The translations under genes and the position numbers were made by a program. Shown piece after piece: positions 1 through 8,762 of a stretch of DNA of 64,000 nucleotides; position 1 is the stretch's first letter, and the number at the start of each line of letters is the position of its first letter. The notes beneath the pieces are model-generated. The model was not told where the DNA came from. It was given only the letters and a program-made list of their open reading frames with translations, and did not search any database. Source of the stretch: Candidatus Bathyarchaeia archaeon (GTDB lineage Archaea > Thermoproteota > Bathyarchaeia > Bathyarchaeales > Bathycorpusculaceae); assembly GCA_050010515.1 (NCBI GenBank), contig JBEKKX010000012.1, positions 1 to 64,000 on the forward strand, written 5' to 3'.

Positions 1-75
1 AAATTCTACCGTTCAATTGGCCAGGTCAATGCTGAAACAATCAAACGCTACATAGAACAATCTAAGCATCCATAA
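1..75 (+). mobile_element. tnpA: IS200/IS605-family TnpA (Y1 HUH transposase), C-terminal end
   Basis: Frame 1 reads KFYRSIGQVNAETIKRYIEQSKHP*, matching the TnpA C-terminus (…S.G.V..E.I..YIE.Q, catalytic Tyr helix); truncated by the window edge. Confidence 0.8.
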
Positions 76-82
76 TTTTTCT

Positions 83-116
83 GAAGATACCGCAACCGTA
101 AGGTTGCGGTCATTCA
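83..116 (+). mobile_element. IS200/IS605 right-end hairpin
   Basis: Perfect stem ACCGCAACC-GTAA-GGTTGCGGT (89-110), preceded by GAAG and followed by CATTCA, directly after the tnpA stop. Confidence 0.75.
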
Positions 117-472
117 TTTCAATCGTGTTCCAAGTGCCTTTGCTGTTCCGCTACGTAAGGAAAAAAATACCGCAAACCGAAGCTGCGTCAGAAACAGAAA
201 TTGACGAACAATTCGAGTTGATAGCTTCACATATGGAAGAAGTGAGAAAACTAAAATCAGAAGGCAAAATATCCAACGAAGAATTCACAAAAAGAATAGA
301 AGAAAACAAAAACAAACTAGACGAGCTAATCGCAACCTCGCCCATCACAGTTGAAACAAGAAAAATTATCCGCGCAAGAGCCTCCGCGTTATACAGTTCT
401 TTCCCAAAAAGGCCCAAACGCAAAACCAAAGACAAAAACAAAGAAGCAAAAACCAAAACAACCAAAGACTAG
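113..472 (+). pseudogene. 3' remnant of a membrane protein (possibly the last TM and tail of a cation:proton antiporter) interrupted by the IS
   Basis: No proper start; begins FISIVFQVPLLFRYVRKK (hydrophobic helix then basic residues), then a charged helical, Lys-rich tail. Confidence 0.45.
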
Positions 473-480
473 CTGCCTGT

Positions 481-735
481 AAGGTAGGTAGAGTGAGGTA
501 GTGTGTGAGTACGGTTGGTTAGACTAAAATTTAATCCCCAAACTCAAACCCTAACCCAAACTACGACTCATACACTTACACGTCTAACACGTACGACTCT
601 AACACTCACTACGTTAACACTAACGACTTTAACACGTACGACTCTAACATGACCTTAAACCTAAAACCTCTTAGCTATATCCTTGACCTCTCTGTTAGTC
701 AGTCTCAGTCAGTCAATCAGTCAATCAATCCTTCT
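481..735. repeat. Low-complexity repeat region with core GACTAAAATTTAATCCCC
   Basis: 20-bp direct repeat TAACACGTACGACTCTAACA at 585-604 and 630-649; AGTC/AATC tetramer runs; G/T-rich left arm and C/A-rich right arm around the core at 522-539. Confidence 0.7.
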
Positions 736-898
736 CTATGAAAGGGTGCGGTGATGGGAATCTGTCTCCTTACAAAAACAAACGATAATAAACCCAAACC
801 CATGTTCGCGCATTTTCTATGAAAAAGCATTTATTCATGAATATGTGGTAACTGGATTTGCTGGCTGAAAATATAAATCATGCAGTCTGAAGGTTGCG

Positions 899-1777
899 TC
901 ATTCGCGGGCGTATGCCTCAACCAAGTCACCTGCTGAAAGAATACCTACTAATTTATGCTCTCTTGTGATTGGCAGCCGCCTTATGTGTTTTGAAGCCAT
1001 AATGCAAGCTGCGTCGTGAACGCTTATCCTTGTTGGTGATGTAATAAGCGGCGATGAGCATGCTTCCCCTACTTCTTCTATTAGTGATTTTTCTTTCGCT
1101 AAGAATTTGGTGAGCAGGTCTCGTTCGGTGAATATGCCTATCGGTTCTCCTTGCTCCGTGATGATGACGCTGCCGATATGTTTTGCTGCCATAATCTTTG
1201 CTACACTCTCTACGAGTGTTTCTTTGTCAGCAGTTATTACTTGCTTGGTCATAAAGTAGTCAATGTCAAACCATACCTTCATCGTTTCGGGGATTTCGGG
1301 TAGACTTCTGATGAGGTCTGAGCTGGTTATTATGCCTCTAAGTTCTCCGAAATCGCAGACTATAAGGCGCCGTGTTTTCTTTTCAATCATTATTTGAGCT
1401 GCCTTTTTTATGCTAGATTCGAGACATATTTTAGTTGTAGGACAAGACATAGCTTTCTCGACTTTTATGTCTCTTATACTGGGGTGTCCGCCTATCCAAT
1501 CTTTCTCCAAACTAACTCCACTACTAACAGCGTTTAGCAGGTCCCTCTCTGTTATTATGCCGACAGGAGTTTCATACTTCAATACTACCAAGCTTCCAAT
1601 GTGTCGCTCGCCCATGATGCGGGCAGCTTCATGCAACGTATTTTCAGGCGTTATTGTGACAACCTCCTGGGTCATAATATCTTTTAACTTACGGTAACGC
1701 ATGAGGTTGTTTTTGTGTTGGAATCTTTTAATGTTTGGAGCGTTTGAGCCTCCTTTCAGGTTTTTAGGCGTAGCCAT
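899..1777 (-). CDS. CBS domain protein (two Bateman pairs)
   Basis: DIMTQEVVTI, GIITERDL, GIITSSDL, GIFTERDL, GILSAGDL motifs; true start may be 1702. Confidence 0.9.
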   Translation of the reverse strand: MATPKNLKGGSNAPNIKRFQHKNNLMRYRKLKDIMTQEVVTITPENTLHEAARIMGERHIGSLVVLKYETPVGIITERDLLNAVSSGVSLEKDWIGGHPSIRDIKVEKAMSCPTTKICLESSIKKAAQIMIEKKTRRLIVCDFGELRGIITSSDLIRSLPEIPETMKVWFDIDYFMTKQVITADKETLVESVAKIMAAKHIGSVIITEQGEPIGIFTERDLLTKFLAKEKSLIEEVGEACSSPLITSPTRISVHDAACIMASKHIRRLPITREHKLVGILSAGDLVEAYARE

Positions 1778-1925
1778 CTTCTTCTCCCACTAAAATATAG
1801 GTTGGGCGCTTAATAAAATTATAATTACGCGCGCGCTTTGCAACATATCGAACATGCTTAACCACAACAGAAACTTTCTTTCCGTCCTTAGTCAAGCTCA
1901 AATAACCGCAATCCTTCCAAACCAT
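1764..1925 (-). pseudogene. Small ORF, probably a truncated gene (MVWKDCGYLSLTKDGKKVSVVVKHVRYVA…)
   Basis: ATG at 1925 preceded by GAGGTGA Shine-Dalgarno; 53 codons; C-terminal part runs into the CBS gene's upstream region. Confidence 0.4.
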
Positions 1926-1958
1926 CAAATCACCTCGCTTATAGCAGTTAATTCCTTT

Positions 1959-2102
1959 TTGAATAACCTTTTCAATCTGGGCTATGAGCTTCTATCTTGG
2001 AAAGCCCATAAGGCTTTAGTGAATGCGAAGCTTGAGCCTTATTTGGGGTTTCTTCATTCTGAGCAGTTTGGGAAACCTTCTCTTGTTTGTGACTTCATGG
2101 AG
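1959..2102 (+). pseudogene. cas1: Cas1 / casposase internal fragment
   Basis: LNNLFNLGYELLSWKAHKALVNAKLEPYLGFLHSEQFGKPSLVCDFME matches the Cas1 core N..L..GY..L…GL.PY.GFLH…SL..D.ME; both flanks are unrelated sequence. Confidence 0.85.
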
Positions 2103-2153
2103 ATAACAATTATACGTGAACAATGCAGCACAGGCTCCTTCTCTTTTCTCATT

Positions 2154-2390
2154 TCAATTTTCTTTCTCTATGCCCGACAGCTTTTGTAGGAGAGAAAAAC
2201 CAGTCAAATGAAGTTCACTTGCACACGTGTTGCAGCGAATCACCAGTTCCTCCAAACCCTGATCACTAACATTTGCTTCTTGAATGGAATAAGCTTCTTC
2301 GGTACAATCATCAGGAGATATCGCAGTTCCACACTCTGGACATGAGAAGTCTCCGCTTCCATCTATTTTGGTCAAATCCAATACGTACAT
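2154..2390 (-). CDS. Small zinc-ribbon-like protein
   Basis: CPECG…CNTC, 78 aa. Confidence 0.75.
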   Translation of the reverse strand: MYVLDLTKIDGSGDFSCPECGTAISPDDCTEEAYSIQEANVSDQGLEELVIRCNTCASELHLTGFSLLQKLSGIEKEN

Positions 2391-2510
2391 TTGTGTTTCC
2401 TTTATTTTTCATGCCCCCTTTGTTAGTTTGAAGTTTCATCTTCTTCTAAGAAATCAAATTATTAATTGATTTTCCAGATTTTCACTCAAATCTTTACCAA
2501 ATTCTTGCCA

Positions 2511-2597
2511 GATCAGCTTAAGGAAAACGACGCGTTGCTTGTTCTCGGCGACCCAGCGAACCTTATAAAACCTGAAGAAGAAGCAAAGACCCTCTGA
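2511..2597 (+). pseudogene. TrkA-C (RCK-C)-like C-terminal fragment
   Basis: DQLKENDALLVLGDPANLIKPEEEAKTL* resembles the L..GD.L.V.G….L end of TrkA-C domains; no start. Confidence 0.45.
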
Positions 2598-2698
2598 CGA
2601 ACGGATTTTGGCGACGATTAAAGACAACAAACCCCAGTGCTTAATGTTTAATAAGCGCTACCGTAAACTATGCTTTTAACAACTATTTCACGGTTGAT

Positions 2699-5314
2699 TT
2701 GATGGCGGATAACCAAGAGCTATTGACTCTGCCTGCTGATCAAGTTTTAGCTCAGCTGAAGACATCCCAGTCTGGGCTGTCCTCACAGGAAGTTCAAAGC
2801 CGCCTTGCAACGTACGGACCGAACGAGCTGGCTGAGAAGCAGAAACGGACCGGATTTGTTGAGATTCTCTATCACCTGAGAAATCCTCTTGTGCTTATCC
2901 TTCTGATTGCGGCTTTGATCTCTGGGTTTGTGGGGGACGTAACGGACGCGATTATAATTTTCTTTATCGTTCTTCTCAGCATTGTTCTTGACGTATATCA
3001 GGAATCTAAGGCTCAGAACGCCGCTGAAGCGCTTAAAGAAAGAGTGACCACAAAGGCGACGGTTCTCAGAGACGGCGTTAAACAAGAAGTGAAGCTTTCT
3101 GAAATCGTTCCGGGCGACATAGTGTATCTCATAGCGGGAGACCTTGTTCCCGCCGATTGTAGATTAATCAGCGCGAAGGACCTGAACCTTAACCAGTCAG
3201 CGTTAACGGGCGAAGCGTTTCCGGTTGAAAAGAATGCTGCTCCACTTTCAACGGTGACGTCTGAGCTTACTGACTGGAACAACTACGTTTTCTTGGGAAC
3301 TTCGGTGGTTAGCGGAACCGGAACCGCAGTCGTGGCGAAGACCGGCGGCTTAACCGAGTACGGGGGAATCGCCAAAGAACTTGTGACTAAGGCGCCTGAA
3401 ACAGAGTTTGAGAAGGGGCTTAGGCGGTTCGGAGCTTTAATGACTGAGGTCACGCTTTTCCTTGTGGTTTTCGTCTTTTTTGTAAACGCGTTTTTCTATG
3501 CAGGTAGCCGTAGCATTTTGCAGTCGCTGCTTTTCGCAGTGGCTCTTGCGGTGGGCTTGACGCCCGAGCTTTTGCCCATGGTAATGTCCATTAACCTTTC
3601 CAGAGGCGCCGTAGCGATGTCCAAAAAAGGCGTTATTGTAAAACGCTTGGCTTCTATTCAGAACTTTGGCAATATGGACGTTCTGTGCACCGATAAAACT
3701 GGTACGCTTACCGAGAACAAGCTCACGCTAAACGATTACGAGGATCTAGAGGGAAAAGAAGCCCCGAAAGTACTGATGTATGCTTACTTTAACAGCGTTC
3801 TTGAAGCAGGACTGAAAAGCCCTCTGGACGACGCCGTGGTTCAGTATAAGCAGTTCGACGTGACCGGTATCAGCAAAATTGACGAGATTCCGTTTGACTT
3901 TATTCGAAGACGTGTTTCGGTAGTGGTCGAGTACGAAGGGCAAAGACTTATAATCTCCAAAGGAGCCCCCGAAGAAATCCTCAAGATCTGCGCCTACTGT
4001 GAAACCAACGAAAACCTAACCGATTTGACAAATGTTTGCCAAGGCAAGTTTGAGCAGAAATACAACGATCTCAGCGCAGAGGGATACAGGGTTTTAGCGG
4101 TCGCGTACAAGAAGGTTAAAGATGATAAAACGCATTACTCGATTGGCGACGAAACCGACATGGTTTTTCTGGGTTTCCTGTCTTTTCTCGACCCGCCTAA
4201 AGAAAGCGCTAAGGAATCTATCAGTTTGCTGGCCAGAGACGGCGTGGAACTCAAAATAGTCACTGGCGACAACGAGCTAGTCACAAAAACAACCTGTGAA
4301 CGCTTGGGCTTCAACATAAAAGGAATTATTCTCGGAAACGACATTGCTCAGCTCCAAGACGATGCCCTAGCCCGTGTTGTTGAGGACAACAATATTTTTG
4401 CTCGTGTGAACCCAGCTCAAAAAGACAGAGTCATCAAGGCTTTACGGTCTAACGGGCATGTGGTGGGGTATATGGGCGACGGCATTAACGACGCTCCTTC
4501 CTTGGAAACGGCGGATGTGGGCATATCGGTTGAGAACGCTGTTGACGTCGCGAAAGAATCCGCTGACCTAATACTGTTGCAGCCTGACTTGACCGTCCTG
4601 GATCAAGGGGTTTTGGAAGGCCGAAAAACCTTCGGCAACACCATGAAGTACATCATGATGGGTGTCAGCTCGAATTTCGGCACTATGTTTAGCGTGGCTG
4701 GAGCGTCTTTGTTCCTGAACTTCCTGCCTATGACGGCTATTCAGATTCTCCTAAACAACCTCCTCTACGATCTTTCCGAAGCGACTATACCAACAGACAA
4801 CGTAGATGAAGAGTACATTGAAAAACCGAAAAGACTAGATATCTCCTACATAAGAAGATTCATGATTATCATGGGACCAGTAAGCTCAATTTTTGATTAC
4901 GTGACATTTTTCTTATTGCTGTTTGTCTTCTTGCCTATGCTGCCCGCATTTGTACCTGAACTTCAAAGACAGCATATTTTTCAAACCGCATGGTTTGTGG
5001 AGTCTCTTTTAACACAAGCACTCGTGGTTTTTGTGTTGAGAACCAGAAAAACGCCATTTTACAAAAGTAAACCTGGCAGATATTTGCTGATAAGCACCTT
5101 AGCCGTCGTGGCGGTTGCGTTCGCACTGCCCTACACGCCGCTCGGCTCCGTATTCGGGTTTTCGCCTCCCCCTGCAATGTTCTATCTAGCCCTTGCGGGG
5201 ATAATAGCTGTCTACTTATTCTTGGTTGAAGTTGTCAAAAAATGGTTCAACAAACGATACGCTTACCTCCTAGAACAGAGCTACGTGCCGAAAAAAACAA
5301 AACTGGCGAGCTAA
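2699..5314 (+). CDS. mgtA: Mg2+-translocating P-type ATPase (P3B)
   Basis: TGEA, AVGLTPELLP, DKTGTLT, IPFDFIRRR, KGAPEE, GDGINDAP, SSNFG, QILLNNLLYD, PTDNVD, FQTAWFVES motifs. Confidence 0.93.
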   Translation: MMADNQELLTLPADQVLAQLKTSQSGLSSQEVQSRLATYGPNELAEKQKRTGFVEILYHLRNPLVLILLIAALISGFVGDVTDAIIIFFIVLLSIVLDVYQESKAQNAAEALKERVTTKATVLRDGVKQEVKLSEIVPGDIVYLIAGDLVPADCRLISAKDLNLNQSALTGEAFPVEKNAAPLSTVTSELTDWNNYVFLGTSVVSGTGTAVVAKTGGLTEYGGIAKELVTKAPETEFEKGLRRFGALMTEVTLFLVVFVFFVNAFFYAGSRSILQSLLFAVALAVGLTPELLPMVMSINLSRGAVAMSKKGVIVKRLASIQNFGNMDVLCTDKTGTLTENKLTLNDYEDLEGKEAPKVLMYAYFNSVLEAGLKSPLDDAVVQYKQFDVTGISKIDEIPFDFIRRRVSVVVEYEGQRLIISKGAPEEILKICAYCETNENLTDLTNVCQGKFEQKYNDLSAEGYRVLAVAYKKVKDDKTHYSIGDETDMVFLGFLSFLDPPKESAKESISLLARDGVELKIVTGDNELVTKTTCERLGFNIKGIILGNDIAQLQDDALARVVEDNNIFARVNPAQKDRVIKALRSNGHVVGYMGDGINDAPSLETADVGISVENAVDVAKESADLILLQPDLTVLDQGVLEGRKTFGNTMKYIMMGVSSNFGTMFSVAGASLFLNFLPMTAIQILLNNLLYDLSEATIPTDNVDEEYIEKPKRLDISYIRRFMIIMGPVSSIFDYVTFFLLLFVFLPMLPAFVPELQRQHIFQTAWFVESLLTQALVVFVLRTRKTPFYKSKPGRYLLISTLAVVAVAFALPYTPLGSVFGFSPPPAMFYLALAGIIAVYLFLVEVVKKWFNKRYAYLLEQSYVPKKTKLAS

Positions 5315-5472
5315 ACAACCAACTAGTCTGGATTGTTCTGCTGAGAACTGAATATTAGTCCGCATTTTTTCAATCCAACCACTACTTAACTCAAAACTCT
5401 GAATAGTTTTGGGCTGTTTTTCCAGTTTTTTCTAAGTCAATTAACAATTTTTTTCAGTTCTGGCACCCATTT

Positions 5473-5496
5473 GTGGTCAAATCCCACCGGCCCGGC
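5473..5496 (+). other. Degenerate tRNA 3'-end-like sequence (possible att scar)
   Basis: GTGG-TCAAAT-CCCAC-CGGCCCG resembles a T-arm plus acceptor 3' strand; no 5' half upstream. Confidence 0.4.
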
Positions 5497-5628
5497 TTTG
5501 GTTTCGTTTTCCTCTTTGTGTCTCCAAAAATACATAAATTTAAGGTTTCAAACATTAAAAAATTATAGAAAATACCAAAAAACGCAAACGAACATTAGAA
5601 AAAGCTAAAAAATAAATGTTTAGGGAGC

Positions 5629-5862
5629 TTATTCTTCCATCATTATCAAAGTTAAAGTTGACCGAACTTGCTTGATTGTGCGAATTTTGTGTGTCACTGA
5701 ATCCTTTAGCTCTTCCATAGTGTCTGCTTTGACTCGTATGACTAGATCGTATACGCCATAGGAAACGTAAGCTTCTTCGACGTTATTTATGTTCCTGAGC
5801 TGTTTTAGAACGGTATCTTCTGAACCCGACTCAACATTAAACAATACATACGCTCGTGGCAT
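5629..5862 (-). CDS. Stand-alone Lrp/AsnC ligand-binding (RAM) domain protein
   Basis: AYVLFNVESG…YGVYDLVIRV…IRTIKQVRSTLTLI, 77 aa, no HTH. Confidence 0.92.
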   Translation of the reverse strand: MPRAYVLFNVESGSEDTVLKQLRNINNVEEAYVSYGVYDLVIRVKADTMEELKDSVTHKIRTIKQVRSTLTLIMMEE

Positions 5863-6105
5863 TCAAACACCTATTTTTAATAATTACAAAGGTAATTAAA
5901 TAGTTTGGCATAAAAAAGGTTTTATAATAACTGTAAAACGGATCAAGCCAACGTGTGTCTAATAAAACATTTACATAAATTCCCTAAGGAACGCTGTTCA
6001 TATTTGAAAGGAAAAAGAAATTTTAATTTTGAAAGCTTATTCCACAAAGGTTAAATGCGCCATAGCAGTTATTCCTACCAAAATCTCCTCGGAGATCCTC
6101 AAAAC

Positions 6106-8025
6106 ATGAAAATCATATCCAAAGAAGATTTCCAGAATTTTATAGATGCGTTAATAAAAGATGATTCTTTGAACGTTATTGGCGTTAAATCACGAGGGAA
6201 TAAATTTGCTTTTGCACCTCTTGAGTCCGCCAAGGAATTGCGTCTGGACTATGACGTAACTTTGTTGCCTCCGAAAAAATATTTCTTCCCTCAACGCGAA
6301 ACCTTATTTACCTATGACTTGTCAGATGGATTTTCCGCTAAAAATCCAGAGGAAATCAAGCCGATGGTAATTGTAGGTGTTCACCCTTATGACATTGTAG
6401 CCCTACTTCACATGGATGAAATATTCAGGGAAACGAAGTCCGATCCCTATTATTTTAAGAAACGAGAGGCAGCAATCATAATAGGCGTCAACATTCAAAA
6501 GATGTCGAAATGGAATTTTTCTTCCTTTATGGGCAGTGCGGCTATAGATTATGGCTATGATCTTATGCTTACAGACTTGGGTAATAGATATGCAATAAAC
6601 ATTGGCTCTCAAAAAGGAGAAGACCTATTATCTAAATACGCAAAGAACGTCACACTCGCATTGGCACGCGACATCCAAATTGCTGGGCAGAAAAAAAGAG
6701 AAGTAATGGGCATGTCTCAGCAAAAGTTTGACTTTCCGCCTGAACTTATTCCCGAACTGCTTAAGGACAGCTATGGGAAAAGTGGATTTTGGGAAAAGCA
6801 TTCTGAAAAATGTCTAGCCTGCGGTTCATGCGTTCTAGTATGTCCAACATGTTATTGTTTTGATGTTAAAGAAAACCTTGATCTTTCCTTAGAGCAAGGT
6901 GAGAGGATCAGAACATGGGATGGCTGTTTACTAGAAGATTTTGCGAAAATTGCCTCAGGAGAAAACTTCCGTGCTACAAGACCTACAAGATACCGCCATC
7001 GATATTTCAAAAAAGGAAAGTATTTGTTCGATACTTTCGGTTTTATTTCTTGTGTTGGTTGTGGAAGATGCTCTTCAAATTGCCTCCCCGATATAGCGAA
7101 TCCTGTTAACCTATTCAACGACATGTATCATGAAAATATAGACAGCGGAACGCAAATGGCAACCGTCGCTGCTCAGCCAGACGTTAACATTCAAACAGAA
7201 GGAGACATAGATTACGTACCGAAGCTAGCAACCATAATCAAGAAAGTACCGATGACTTCGATGGAAACACTGTTTGAAATCAAACTAGATGACGGATCAG
7301 AACTTAGTCACAAACCAGGCCAATTTGTAGAAGTCTCTGTCTTTGGAATAGGCGAGGCGCCAATATCCTTATCCTCATCACCGACAAAGAAAGAAACATT
7401 CGAAGTTTGCGTACGCAAGTTAGGAAATGTCACTACAAAATTACACAGGCTCAATGTTGGTGATAAAGTTGGAATCAGAGGACCATTTGGTAATGGGTTT
7501 GACGTTGGCTCTCTAAAGGGCAAAGACCTCTTATTCATAGCAGGCGGTCTTGGAATAGCACCCCTCAGATCCCTAATCAATTATGTTCTTGACAACAGGA
7601 AAGACTTCGGTCGCGTCTATCTGCTTTACGGATGCAAAGAACCAAAGGAACTGCTTTTTAGCGATGAACTAGTCTCAATAGCGTCCAAAGAAAATGTTGA
7701 GTTCAAACCAACTGTAGACCGGTGTCCTGAAAGCGGAGTCTGGGAGGGCAACATAGGTGTAATTACAACGCTTATTCCTCAAGTCTCTTTTGATCCAGAG
7801 AAGACACTAGCAATATTATGTGGTCCCCCAGTCATGTACAAATTTGTAATTGCAGATCTTAAAAAACGAAATGTCCCAGATGATCACATAATCATGTCAC
7901 TTGAGCGAAGAATGAAATGCGGTGTAGGAAAATGTGGTCACTGCCAAATTAACCAAATCTACGTCTGCAAAGACGGCCCTGTTTTCAATTATTCAAAAAT
8001 AAAAGGTGTTCCGGAGGCTCTGTAA
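6106..8025 (+). CDS. Sulfhydrogenase (group 3b) fused beta (4Fe-4S) + gamma (FAD/NAD(P)-binding) subunit
   Basis: N-half LLPPKKYFFP, CLACGSCVLVCPTCYCF, CVGCGRCSSNC; C-half PGQF, GEAPIS, RGPFGNGF, AGGLGIAP, CGPPVM, MKCGVGKCGHC, CKDGPVF; ATG 6106 after GGAG. Confidence 0.93.
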   Translation: MKIISKEDFQNFIDALIKDDSLNVIGVKSRGNKFAFAPLESAKELRLDYDVTLLPPKKYFFPQRETLFTYDLSDGFSAKNPEEIKPMVIVGVHPYDIVALLHMDEIFRETKSDPYYFKKREAAIIIGVNIQKMSKWNFSSFMGSAAIDYGYDLMLTDLGNRYAINIGSQKGEDLLSKYAKNVTLALARDIQIAGQKKREVMGMSQQKFDFPPELIPELLKDSYGKSGFWEKHSEKCLACGSCVLVCPTCYCFDVKENLDLSLEQGERIRTWDGCLLEDFAKIASGENFRATRPTRYRHRYFKKGKYLFDTFGFISCVGCGRCSSNCLPDIANPVNLFNDMYHENIDSGTQMATVAAQPDVNIQTEGDIDYVPKLATIIKKVPMTSMETLFEIKLDDGSELSHKPGQFVEVSVFGIGEAPISLSSSPTKKETFEVCVRKLGNVTTKLHRLNVGDKVGIRGPFGNGFDVGSLKGKDLLFIAGGLGIAPLRSLINYVLDNRKDFGRVYLLYGCKEPKELLFSDELVSIASKENVEFKPTVDRCPESGVWEGNIGVITTLIPQVSFDPEKTLAILCGPPVMYKFVIADLKKRNVPDDHIIMSLERRMKCGVGKCGHCQINQIYVCKDGPVFNYSKIKGVPEAL

Positions 8026-8762
8026 TGAAACCCAAAGTTGCTTTCTTTGATTTTGCAGGCTGTGAAGGAGACCAATTACAAGTAGCTAATCTCGAAGAAG
8101 ACCTTTTAGCTCTTCTTGGTCAAGTTGAAGTTGTTAGCTTTAGAGAAGTCATGAAAGAACACAGCGACAATTATGACATAGCTTTTGTTGAAGGCTCTTG
8201 CACTAGGCTACAAGACGAGGATAGACTAAAAACGATCAGAAAAAATGCTAAAATCGTAGTTGCTATAGGATCATGCGCGACAATCGGCGGAATCAACTCT
8301 CTTAGAAACTACAAAGATTTGGAAAACGTCAAAAAAACTGTGTATGGAGAAAACGCTAGGCTCTTCGATAGTTACGCTGCAAGAGCCATAGATGCAGTAA
8401 TTCCCGTGGATGCTTACGTTCATGGATGCCCAATAGACAAAGAAGACTTCTTACAAGTTGTCAAATCACTTTTACTGGGAAAGAAGCCGGAAACTACGAC
8501 TTACCCAGTTTGTGTTGAATGCAAGAAAAACGAGAACGTATGTGCTTTTGAGCGAGGTCAATTTTGTGTTGGAACAGTAACTAGAGCTGGCTGCAATTCA
8601 TGCTGTGTAAATGAGGGAACAATATGTTGGGGTTGCCGAGGCCTTGTAGACAATCCAAATGAGAATTCCCACAAGGAAGTTTTGATAAAATATGGTCTCA
8701 CAGTTGATGACGCAATTAGTAAGTTTAGATTGTATTTTGGTTGGCAGGAGACAAAAAGATGA
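8025..8762 (+). CDS. Group 3b [NiFe] hydrogenase small (delta) subunit
   Basis: GCEGD, VEGS, IGSCATIGG, HGCP, VCVEC, CVGTVTRAGC, CWGCRG. Confidence 0.93.
   Translation: MKPKVAFFDFAGCEGDQLQVANLEEDLLALLGQVEVVSFREVMKEHSDNYDIAFVEGSCTRLQDEDRLKTIRKNAKIVVAIGSCATIGGINSLRNYKDLENVKKTVYGENARLFDSYAARAIDAVIPVDAYVHGCPIDKEDFLQVVKSLLLGKKPETTTYPVCVECKKNENVCAFERGQFCVGTVTRAGCNSCCVNEGTICWGCRGLVDNPNENSHKEVLIKYGLTVDDAISKFRLYFGWQETKR

Noticed and set aside
541-730. Possible CRISPR array near the cas1 fragment
   Set aside because: Only two 20-bp repeats, and the sequence between them is built from the same sub-motifs rather than a unique spacer
1854-2189. 111-aa ORF as a real gene
   Set aside because: Chimeric: only the middle is Cas1-like; the ends are antisense to neighbouring ORFs
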